Shown here: piece by piece, positions 28,910 through 37,653 of the stretch
Layout of the letters: each line of letters begins with the position of its first letter
How positions within the stretch are numbered: the stretch's first letter is position 1
Virus record (IMG/VR): IMGVR_UViG_3300025677_000006
Span: 1 to 64,000 of that record
Source: a virus
Direction: 5' to 3' (one strand)
Length of the DNA: 64,000 nt
Notes under the pieces: generated by a model
Told to the model about the DNA's origin: nothing
Seen by the model: only the letters and a program-made list of their open reading frames with translations
The model's database searches: none
Made by a program: the position numbers and the translations under genes

Positions 28910-29282
28910 TACTTTCTTTTCTTTTACGTTCTATTTCTTTTGCAACAAATGATAATAATTCATTTCTTCTTGCATCAGTAACATCACCCTTTTCTTCATC
29001 ATCAGAAGATGTTTTTTCGGTTTTTTTCTCAAAAACAACTTCTTTAAGATATTTAAGTAACATTATTTTTTGGTCTTGATTTTTTGCTTCAGCAGCAATA
29101 AGTTTAACAATTTGGTCACCAATAGCAGCAACTTCTCCATTGTCTTTTACTTTTAATTCCCATTTAGTAAATAATCTAGTGATTTTTGCTTTAATATTAT
29201 GGGATTCATTATATATTTCTTGAAGTAGTTTATTAACACTTTCTTCATCAAATTTTAATTCTTTACGTTTAGGTCTTGCCAT
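28902..29282 (-). CDS. Hypothetical protein
   Basis: 126-aa charged ORF. Confidence 0.4.
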   Translation of the reverse strand: MARPKRKELKFDEESVNKLLQEIYNESHNIKAKITRLFTKWELKVKDNGEVAAIGDQIVKLIAAEAKNQDQKIMLLKYLKEVVFEKKTEKTSSDDEEKGDVTDARRNELLSFVAKEIERKRKESNE

Positions 29283-29326
29283 AATTATTAGTTTTAGTAC
29301 ATATAAATAGTAATAATTAAAATTTA

Positions 29327-30187
29327 TTAATCATCATATATTTCTTTTTTTTCAAAAAAATAAATATCTTTAAATGGTTTTATTCCCATTCTTATTTCTT
29401 TTGTGTTTAATCCTGTTTGTTCTTTTAAAAATAATAGAATTTTATTTTTTGTAAATTTATTTGTTATTTTTTTATTATAATTACCTTCTGGTGTTTCTTC
29501 CATAAATAATTCTTGCCAATTTGATAAAATATTTATTATAGCATCCCCAACAATAATTTCATTTTTTTTTAAATTTTTATCGTTTTCTAATTTATTTTGA
29601 ATTTTTTTTATAATATTATTAATTAATATTTCTAATTTATTAAGATAATCAATATCCATTTCATAAATATAGTCATTTTCTTTATTAATTTCTTCTATAT
29701 ATTCATCGTAGCATAAATTAACCATCTTATCGTTATATGTTTTTTTACTATGGTCTTTATAGTAATTACGAACAATTGTTTGACAATAACTATATGCTTT
29801 AGAACAGAAAATTCTATATTTAATATTTTCATTATTATTTTTTAACGAAAGTAATTTTTCATCAGCATTTTTTTTATATAAGAATCTATAACCATCACCC
29901 AATTTAATCCATTTTTCATCATGATAAAATTCAATAATATATGGTTTATATTTAACCATTTGGTCAATCATATGGCTAAGAGCATTTGATTCAATTTCTT
30001 CCATTTCATAATTACCAATATGTATTGGATATCTTCTTAATATTGACTGTATCATTTTTCTAAATGGTTCTATTAAAATCTCATTATAAATTCTATTTTT
30101 TTCTTCTTTAGAATTTGATTTAATATAATTTATAACAGCCCTTTCTTCTTTTTCACCAAAATATTGATTAGTTTCTTCTTTTTCCAT
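29327..30187 (-). CDS. Hypothetical protein. Weak resemblance to T4 gp55-type late sigma factor.
   Basis: The N-terminal region (INYIKSN...IYNEILIEPFRKMIQSILRRY...ESNALSHMIDQMVKYKP) is loosely gp55-like. This is not secure. Confidence 0.25.
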   Translation of the reverse strand: MEKEETNQYFGEKEERAVINYIKSNSKEEKNRIYNEILIEPFRKMIQSILRRYPIHIGNYEMEEIESNALSHMIDQMVKYKPYIIEFYHDEKWIKLGDGYRFLYKKNADEKLLSLKNNNENIKYRIFCSKAYSYCQTIVRNYYKDHSKKTYNDKMVNLCYDEYIEEINKENDYIYEMDIDYLNKLEILINNIIKKIQNKLENDKNLKKNEIIVGDAIINILSNWQELFMEETPEGNYNKKITNKFTKNKILLFLKEQTGLNTKEIRMGIKPFKDIYFFEKKEIYDD

Positions 30188-30287
30188 TCAATAAAAAACA
30201 TTAAAAATAATATGATATTTTCACATATTTTTCATATTCATTTTTTATTATATATTTATATTTAAATAAATTTATAAATAAAAATGT

Positions 30288-31109
30288 TTATTTTTCTTGA
30301 AGTTTACTTATATCAATTTCTCTATCTGTAGTGAAATTAGACTCTTTAAACGCAGTTTCAAACCAAAATTTTCGTTCATCCATTGGCATATTTTTTAAAT
30401 ATCCATCAAATAAACTACCTTCACGATTAATTAAATGTCTATATCCGATTTTTGGTATTGCAAATATTTTAGATGCATTATTTAATGCTCTAAGAATAAA
30501 TTCATACATAAAAGTTAGTTTTATGTTTCTTTTATATCTACCCAAATTAATAAATTCAGATTTTTTTATTGCAGCACCACTTAATTTAAAATCAGTATAT
30601 TGTTTTATTGAATTTAAATTCAAATATCCCAATTCACCATTTTCACCAACAAATTGTTGTGACCAAACCATTTCATTAGTTAATTTAATACCTTTATTTT
30701 CATTTGTTACTTCAATCATCATTATTAAAAAAATATCAATGTTGGGATATGCTTTTACATATTCATTAATATTTTTTAAATACGTTAACCCCAATTCGTC
30801 ATCAAATTCAAGAACAGTAAAATAATCAGTATTAACACTATCAACAGCAAGATTTACCTGAGATTGATAATCAGTATTTCCATTATTTTTTATTAGTTTA
30901 AAATTATAATTAAAATATTTTTCTTTAATAAAATTATTAATTTCATTTTCTATTGTTGATGAATAAACAATTAAAACGTCTGGTTTTTCAACTTCTTGTT
31001 GATTTATAATTGATTCAATCGCTTTATTTAAATATGTTGAAATATTATCATTAAATTCATGTATTGGAATTATTATTGATGTACTATTCATTTTCTTTAG
31101 TATTTTCAT
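30288..31109 (-). CDS. Glycosyltransferase, GT-A (family 2-like)
   Basis: SIIIPIHEF..AIESIINQ......VLIVYSST, then TVLEFDDEL (a DxD-like motif). Confidence 0.5.
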   Translation of the reverse strand: MKILKKMNSTSIIIPIHEFNDNISTYLNKAIESIINQQEVEKPDVLIVYSSTIENEINNFIKEKYFNYNFKLIKNNGNTDYQSQVNLAVDSVNTDYFTVLEFDDELGLTYLKNINEYVKAYPNIDIFLIMMIEVTNENKGIKLTNEMVWSQQFVGENGELGYLNLNSIKQYTDFKLSGAAIKKSEFINLGRYKRNIKLTFMYEFILRALNNASKIFAIPKIGYRHLINREGSLFDGYLKNMPMDERKFWFETAFKESNFTTDREIDISKLQEK

Positions 31110-32262
31110 TATTGTTATTTTTATTAGATTCTAATGCGGATTTAAATAAATTAATTCTTTCGTTTACATATCCACTATAAATCTCAACCAATTCTTTTTC
31201 AGAATTATCTTGATTGTATTTTGATGCAATCTTATCCATATTATCATAAATTTCTTTAGATATATTATCATCTAAAAATTTGACTAATGTATCTGCAATT
31301 AAAATTGGTAAATCATAATAATTATTAGTCCAAACGCCACAATTATCAATTGCTTTTATTGGTTTATCACCATCTTCACTTCTTTCAACCATATATTCAG
31401 GAATAATATCTGGTTTTAAACAAATAGGAACAACGCCTGATTTCATACATTCAAGAGGAAATGTACCAAAACTTGAGATTCTATCAATCCAAACAGCAGC
31501 AAAATTTTCACTCAATCTTTTTGCAAAATCAACCCTACGCATTTGTTGTGGTGGTTTACTTTTAGTTAACATTGGGTCAAAAGTAATCCAATTAAATTCA
31601 GGGTATTTAAGAAAAAACAATTTAACTAATTTACTAATTTCATTTGGATTTCTACCAATAATTGATACTACTGGTTTTTTTGGTCTTTCTGTTTTTTCAA
31701 AATAATCAGGAATTCCTATTGTATATGATTTAGTTTTATATTTTTTTCCAAAATATAATTCAATAAATTCCTCAAGTGTTTTTGAAGTAGTAATAATATT
31801 ATTAATACCAAACATTTCCCAATTTATACCTGGTATTAAACTATTTAACATATAATCAATAGATTGTAAAAATCCTATTCTTAAACAAGGTAAATTTTTA
31901 GTATGTTCCATGATATTTGAATAAACTTCAGGAATTATCATAATATCTTCAGGACCGACACTTAATTTATTATTTTCATCCATTGATAAATGTTTAATAT
32001 CGGTTAATTCACTCTCAATCCAATTAGGTTTTACATAATCATTTTTTTCTGTGAATATAATTACATCATATCCCATTCTTTTTACAACAGTGGCATGAAA
32101 ATATAACTCATATATACTTGCTACTGGTGATTGTGATTCGGGTATACAAAAAATAAATTTAGATTTTTTATTTTCTAAATTATTTAAAGAAATTTTAATT
32201 TTTTCAAATTTTTCTTTTTCAACATCTTCAATTGATTTTTCAATATTTTTATCCATTTTCAT
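31084..32262 (-). CDS. Glycosyltransferase, GT-B (GT1/GT4-like) fold
   Basis: C-terminal FGTFPLECMKSGVVPICLKPD resembles the GT4 E..G-P-nucleotide-binding region. Confidence 0.4.
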   Translation of the reverse strand: MKMDKNIEKSIEDVEKEKFEKIKISLNNLENKKSKFIFCIPESQSPVASIYELYFHATVVKRMGYDVIIFTEKNDYVKPNWIESELTDIKHLSMDENNKLSVGPEDIMIIPEVYSNIMEHTKNLPCLRIGFLQSIDYMLNSLIPGINWEMFGINNIITTSKTLEEFIELYFGKKYKTKSYTIGIPDYFEKTERPKKPVVSIIGRNPNEISKLVKLFFLKYPEFNWITFDPMLTKSKPPQQMRRVDFAKRLSENFAAVWIDRISSFGTFPLECMKSGVVPICLKPDIIPEYMVERSEDGDKPIKAIDNCGVWTNNYYDLPILIADTLVKFLDDNISKEIYDNMDKIASKYNQDNSEKELVEIYSGYVNERINLFKSALESNKNNNNENTKENE

Positions 32263-33001
32263 TTTTTTTATATTTTATTATTTTTTCAAAATCCTTATTT
32301 TCTATTAATTCTGCTATTTGTAAAATTTCCATTGAATATGAATTAAACTTTTCATTATATGGTCTTTTTACTTTTATTAGTTTTTTAAACCAAGGTGTTC
32401 CTAATTTTAATATTTCTGGGTCTGTTGTTATTAAAATATCAATATTATTCCACATTTCAATAGATTTTTTTACAAATCGAATGTTTTCAAATCTACTTTT
32501 AATTTTACTTAAAAAGAATAATGTGGGTGGTATACTAAATCTATTTTCAACAGAAAATAATGTAAAATTAACAGTATCACAATATTTATCATAAAATTTA
32601 TTAACATCAACATCCATATTTCTATACATCATCGGTGCTGAACCATGTATTTCAAATAAGTAATCTTCATACATGAATCTATTATAAACTTCTTTTGATG
32701 TTAATTTTATTTTATTCTCCTTTTTAAATAATAAAAAATCAGCAGGTGCTTCATTTTTATCATTCAATTGATATTCTAATGGACTTATATTTTCTGGAAT
32801 ATCTTCTGGCTCTTTAAGTTCTTTAATTATTTCTTCAACATCATTAAATTTATAATTATTAAAGAAATCATAAACATATTCCTGTTCTTTTGGAACACCA
32901 TCTAAACCAAATTCTTCAACATAATACTTATCAAATTGTAACCATTTCGCCCTTAATATTTCATCAATATCAATTCCAACATTTTTTTTATTTATTTTCA
33001 T
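32249..33001 (-). CDS. HAD-family 5'(3')-deoxyribonucleotidase-like protein
   Basis: N-terminal VGIDIDEIL (a DxDx motif), as in NT5C-type nucleotidases. Confidence 0.4.
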   Translation of the reverse strand: MKINKKNVGIDIDEILRAKWLQFDKYYVEEFGLDGVPKEQEYVYDFFNNYKFNDVEEIIKELKEPEDIPENISPLEYQLNDKNEAPADFLLFKKENKIKLTSKEVYNRFMYEDYLFEIHGSAPMMYRNMDVDVNKFYDKYCDTVNFTLFSVENRFSIPPTLFFLSKIKSRFENIRFVKKSIEMWNNIDILITTDPEILKLGTPWFKKLIKVKRPYNEKFNSYSMEILQIAELIENKDFEKIIKYKKNENG

Positions 33002-33266
33002 TTTCTAATTCATTTATTTGATAATTAAGTAAATTATTTAATTTTTTCATCATTTCATTATGTTCTTTAATTAATGCTTCTTCAGTAACATATCTCGGAT
33101 TAATACATTCAATTTTAGTATCAATTGTATTTGTTGGTATAACTATTATTTCACCTTCAAATCTTTCAGGTGTAATTTTTTTTGTAACTTTTTTTACAAA
33201 ATCTTCAATATCTGCTAATCTAATATTAGCAACACCAACATAAATAACTAAAATCATATTACTCAT
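32988..33266 (-). CDS. Hypothetical protein
   Basis: 92-aa ORF. Confidence 0.35.
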   Translation of the reverse strand: MSNMILVIYVGVANIRLADIEDFVKKVTKKITPERFEGEIIVIPTNTIDTKIECINPRYVTEEALIKEHNEMMKKLNNLLNYQINELENENK

Positions 33267-33390
33267 TTTTAATTAATATTTTTCTATATATATAATACGT
33301 TTTTTTTATAAAAATCTTGAAATTTTTATAATTTTATTTTTTTGTAGTATTTATAAAAAAAATAATGGTTATTTATAAAAATTTATAAAA

Positions 33391-34320
33391 ATGTCTGAAG
33401 AAAAAAATTTTTCTCAAAAAAAGGGTATTTCTGACCTTCTAAAAAAATATAGAAGTCAAAAAGATAATGTTGAAAATGAAAATACAAATCAAATCAACAT
33501 TCCAAAACCACAAGAAAATACACCTAATTTACAACAATTTAATCATGAAGAATTTGAAAAAGCCATGTCTAAAGAAACCGACCCAGATTTAATTACAACT
33601 TATGAAATTGTTAAATTACCATCTAAAGGTTTATTTTATAAAAATGGTCTTTCTGAAATAAATGTCGAATATATGACATCAAAAGATGAAGATTTATTAA
33701 CTACTTCATCATTAATTGAAAGTGGTGTTGTTTTAGACTTACTATTGAAAAGAAAAATAAAAACACCAAATGTTAATCCAGAAGATTTATTACCAGGTGA
33801 CCGTAATGCAATTTTACTGTTTTTACGTATAACAAGTTATGGTTCTGATTATACTGTTCAAGTAACTGACCCAAGAACAGGTGTTCCATTTAAAACAACA
33901 GTTGATTTAACAAAACTTAAATATAAAAAAATTGAAGAAAAACCAAACGATAATGGTTTGTTTAGTGTTGATTTACCAATGCGTAAAAAAAATGTACTTT
34001 TTAAACTATTAACTGTTGGTGAAGATACAAGAATATATAAAACTGCTGAATCTTTAAAAGAAGCAAAAAATGAAGAATTTAGTCAGTATTCTACCATGAG
34101 ATTAGTTGCAAGTATTGTATCAATAGATGGTAATACTAATAAAACATATATTAGTAAGTTTGTTGATGCAATGCCAGCATTGGATGCATACGCAATTCGT
34201 AAAAAAATGTTGGATGTTAGTCCTGATGTTGATATGGATTATGTCTTTACTGCTAAAGATGGATATACTTTCAATGCTAATTTAACAATTGGTTTAGATT
34301 TTTTTTTCCCAAGCATCTAG
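33391..34320 (+). CDS. Hypothetical protein upstream of tape-measure-like gene. Candidate tail assembly chaperone with -1 frameshift extension.
   Basis: 309-aa ORF ending just after a T9 run (34299-34307). The -1 frame stays open for a further 67 codons (PKHLAEDYKKMVNEEIY...KKRPRF) to a stop at 34509-34511. Confidence 0.5.
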   Translation: MSEEKNFSQKKGISDLLKKYRSQKDNVENENTNQINIPKPQENTPNLQQFNHEEFEKAMSKETDPDLITTYEIVKLPSKGLFYKNGLSEINVEYMTSKDEDLLTTSSLIESGVVLDLLLKRKIKTPNVNPEDLLPGDRNAILLFLRITSYGSDYTVQVTDPRTGVPFKTTVDLTKLKYKKIEEKPNDNGLFSVDLPMRKKNVLFKLLTVGEDTRIYKTAESLKEAKNEEFSQYSTMRLVASIVSIDGNTNKTYISKFVDAMPALDAYAIRKKMLDVSPDVDMDYVFTAKDGYTFNANLTIGLDFFFPSI

Positions 34321-34491
34321 CGGAAGATTATAAAAAAATGGTAAATGAAGAAATTTATGTTCTTACTAAACACGCTAAATTTCAAAGCGAATATATTGAA
34401 AATATACCCGTTTATCGAAGAAGATATTTTTTATATCTGTTTGAAAAAGAAATGGAAGAATTAAAAAAACTACAAGAAAAAGAAATCAAAA

Positions 34492-34530
34492 AAAGACCAA
34501 GATTTTAAAATTTTGGTCTTTTTTTATTTA
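34492..34530 (+). terminator. Rho-independent terminator
   Basis: AAAGACCAA-GATTTTAAAATT-TTGGTCTTT followed by TTTTATTT. Confidence 0.6.
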
Positions 34531-34596
34531 TAATAATCGTAATTTAAAATTTTATTAAAATTTACCAATAACTATTTATAGTAAAATATTATCACT

Positions 34597-37197
34597 ATGA
34601 GCAAAATGTCACCTGAAGAAGTTAGAAAAACATTTGAAGAATATCAAAAATTAAATAAAGAACTTCAAAAATCAAGAAAATCTTTAATTAATCTTGGTGA
34701 TTATGAACGTGCTAGAGCAATTACTGTTGAAATTATTGCAAATAATGAAAAAATTGTAAATCAATTAAAAAATAATACTAAAGGTTTAACAGACGAACAA
34801 TTAAAACAATACAATAAATTAATTGATATTCAAAAAGAATTAAATAACGAACTTGATAATGAATATAAAAGAAGAAAACATATTATAAGTTCATTAAAAC
34901 ATAGTTTTGATTTATTAGTAAGTGGTTATAAATATTTACAACAACAGGATAAAATCATAAAAAATACCATTCTTAATCTAGGAATGAGTGGGAACAAAGC
35001 AGAATTAATGCGAGGTTCTTTTGAAAGAAGTGCAATGTTTGTTGCTAGATTGGGTGGTAATCTTGAAGTTATTCAAACCATGATGACTGGATTTGCCGAT
35101 GAAACAGGTAGGTCACGTGCATTAACATCAGATATGGTTAAGGATATTACTGTTATTGGTAAAGGTACTGGTCTTGGAATTGAACAGGCAACTAAACTTT
35201 CAGCACAATTTGAAGCAATTGGTATTAATACAAAAGGTGCTTTAGATTATGTTCAGGGTGTTGTTGATACTTCTGAAAGAATGGGTGTTAATACCACAAA
35301 AGTATTAAAAAATATTACTGATAATTTTAAAAAACTACAAACCTTCCATTTTCAACAGGGTGTTAGAGGTTTTAGAGAAATGGCAGAATATGCTGAAAAA
35401 TTTAAAGTTGATATTTCCGATGCATTAAATTCTGCTGAAATTGCAAGAACACTTGAAGGGGCTATTGGTATGGTAGCAAATTTACAGGTAATGGGTGGTG
35501 AATTTGCTAAATTGGATATGTTTGAAACACTATATTTTGCACGTAATGACCCTGCTAAACTTCAAGCAAAAATTGGGGAAATGACAAAGGGTATTGTTAC
35601 ACTTCGTAAAAATAGTGAAGGTACTTTTGAAAAATTTATTAGTCCTGCTGACCGTGATAGGCTTGCTGCTGCTGGTAAAGCATTGGGTATTACTACGGAT
35701 AAAATGACAGAAATGGCATTAAGAGCATTTGATATCGGAAAAATGTCACAGGAATTATCTGGTATGGGTTTAACAAATGAACAAAAACAACTAATTGAAG
35801 GTGCTGCATTTTTTAATCAACAAACTGGTAAATTTCAAGTTCAACTTGGTGAAGATATGAAAAATATCAGTGAATTAACAATACAACAGGCTAAATCTTT
35901 TGCACAAGAACAAAAACTATTAAAAGACCGTGCAAAAGAAGCAATGACTTTTGATGAAACATTTAAAGCAACAATAGAAATGTTAAAAGCAGGATTATTA
36001 CCATTATTAAATAATATAAATAAAGCATTGTTATGGATAAGTAAGTATTCAGATAAATTATTTGAAGGAAAGGGTATTGTTATTGCTGCTACCACATTAT
36101 TTGCTGGTGCTAAATTATTTTTTCTTTCTTCAAAACTTCTTAATAGAGCATTTGATAATTACATATCATATAATAAATTAAGTTTTAGAAATTTAGCAGC
36201 AACTAATTCTGGTGGTCTTTCTAGTCTTTTTAGTAAAAGTGTTGGTATTGGTGATTCATTAACACCAACAACAGGAAAAGGAAGTAGTGGTTTAGCAGAT
36301 ATGAGAAGGGGTATTGGTGCTGGTGCTGAAGCAGAGGGTAGGGGTATTGGTGCTGGTGCTGAAGCAAAGGGTAGGGGTATTGGTGCTGGTGCTGAAGCAA
36401 AGGGTATTGGAATGAAAAGACTTGGTACTGGTGCAGGTATTGGTGCTGCTGCTTTAGGAATTGGTGGCGGTGTTGCACTTGCTGCTGTTGGTATTAGTAA
36501 ACTTGCCGATTCTATGAGCAAATTGGATGAAAAACAATTATCTGTTTTAAAAGGAATTGCCATGACATTAGCCATTTCGTTTCCTGCTGCTGCTCTTGGT
36601 ATTGCTATTGCAGGTGCTGCTGGTGCACTTGCTGCTCCAGGATTATATGCACTTAGTGTTGCTGCTTTAGGAATAGGTGCTGCTGTTGGTATTGCTGCTG
36701 TTGGAATAGGAATTATGGCAAAAGGAATTGGTGAAATGATTGAAAAAAGTAAAGGTGCTGGTGATGCAATGCTTAGTGTTGGACTTGGTGTTAAGGCATT
36801 ATCATTAGCAATGATGGGTTTTACAGCAGGTGCTTTAGGTTTGGGAGTATTTGCATTAACAATGAAAACAATAGCAAAACATGCCGATGCTGTTGAAAAG
36901 GTAGGTAATGCTTTTGGTAATATAAAAGCAGTAATGTCTGGAACAAAAGAAGATTTTGAAGCCGTTGAAAGTGCAGTTAAATTAATTTCAAGTGTGAATA
37001 CAAATAAAGGTAGTGTATTTGCTGAACTTGCAGCATTATTAAAAACACCTTTAAAAGTAGAATTTGAAAAAAATACAATACCTATTCAAACTGATGTAAC
37101 GCTTGAAGTTGATGGTGAAAAATTAATGAATAAATCATTTACGAATAGAATTGCTGTTCAAAAATCAAATGATGCTAAACTTGGTAAGGTAAATTAA
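34597..37197 (+). CDS. Tail tape-measure-like protein
   Basis: 866 aa. N-terminal coiled coil, a central Gly/Ala-rich hydrophobic block with several transmembrane-like segments, and a tandem GIGAGAEAKGR repeat. It lies downstream of the candidate frameshift gene. Confidence 0.5.
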   Translation: MSKMSPEEVRKTFEEYQKLNKELQKSRKSLINLGDYERARAITVEIIANNEKIVNQLKNNTKGLTDEQLKQYNKLIDIQKELNNELDNEYKRRKHIISSLKHSFDLLVSGYKYLQQQDKIIKNTILNLGMSGNKAELMRGSFERSAMFVARLGGNLEVIQTMMTGFADETGRSRALTSDMVKDITVIGKGTGLGIEQATKLSAQFEAIGINTKGALDYVQGVVDTSERMGVNTTKVLKNITDNFKKLQTFHFQQGVRGFREMAEYAEKFKVDISDALNSAEIARTLEGAIGMVANLQVMGGEFAKLDMFETLYFARNDPAKLQAKIGEMTKGIVTLRKNSEGTFEKFISPADRDRLAAAGKALGITTDKMTEMALRAFDIGKMSQELSGMGLTNEQKQLIEGAAFFNQQTGKFQVQLGEDMKNISELTIQQAKSFAQEQKLLKDRAKEAMTFDETFKATIEMLKAGLLPLLNNINKALLWISKYSDKLFEGKGIVIAATTLFAGAKLFFLSSKLLNRAFDNYISYNKLSFRNLAATNSGGLSSLFSKSVGIGDSLTPTTGKGSSGLADMRRGIGAGAEAEGRGIGAGAEAKGRGIGAGAEAKGIGMKRLGTGAGIGAAALGIGGGVALAAVGISKLADSMSKLDEKQLSVLKGIAMTLAISFPAAALGIAIAGAAGALAAPGLYALSVAALGIGAAVGIAAVGIGIMAKGIGEMIEKSKGAGDAMLSVGLGVKALSLAMMGFTAGALGLGVFALTMKTIAKHADAVEKVGNAFGNIKAVMSGTKEDFEAVESAVKLISSVNTNKGSVFAELAALLKTPLKVEFEKNTIPIQTDVTLEVDGEKLMNKSFTNRIAVQKSNDAKLGKVN
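36311..36409 (+). repeat. Tandem 33-nt repeat x3 (GIGAGAEA[E/K]GR) inside tape-measure-like gene
   Basis: ggtattggtgctggtgctgaagca[g/a]agggtagg repeated three times. The antisense translation gives the spurious PA-rich and QHQ ORFs. Confidence 0.8.
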
Positions 37198-37653
37198 AAA
37201 ATAATTTAATAAAAATAAAAACAATAAAAATTTGCAAATGTCAAAAATTTTTTATAACTTTGCCAAGATTTTTATTTTCAATGTAAAAACAATAAAAAGG
37301 TAATATTTATTTATTTCAAATAAAAGTAAATAAAAATTCTATTCAAAATCTTTTTTCGTTTCTACGAAACAAAATCAAAGTTATAATGTTTATAATTAAA
37401 TTCTACGAATTTAACAAAAAACTTAGATGAAGGGCATATTATATTCAAAAATTTAAAATTTTTTTCATTTAAAAAAATCTTACCATTATAATTCATAATT
37501 TAAAAATTAAAAATTATTAACACACCTCAATAAAGGAATTGGTTTAATTCAAAATTAAATTTTTCGAAAAAGAATATATTTTCCCAATGTAAAGATAATA
37601 CATATAAAACAATTTAACAAGTATTTATTAAAAATATATAGGATTATATACCA

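Noticed and set aside
36311-36409. CRISPR array
   Set aside because: The repeats are contiguous with no spacers, lie in frame within a long ORF, and encode a glycine-rich peptide repeat.
36159-36575. Antisense ORFs (138 aa PA-rich and 82 aa QHQHQYPYPLL repeat) inside the tape-measure-like gene
   Set aside because: They are produced by reading the 33-nt GIGAGAEAKGR tandem repeat on the opposite strand. The sense strand has the coherent long ORF.
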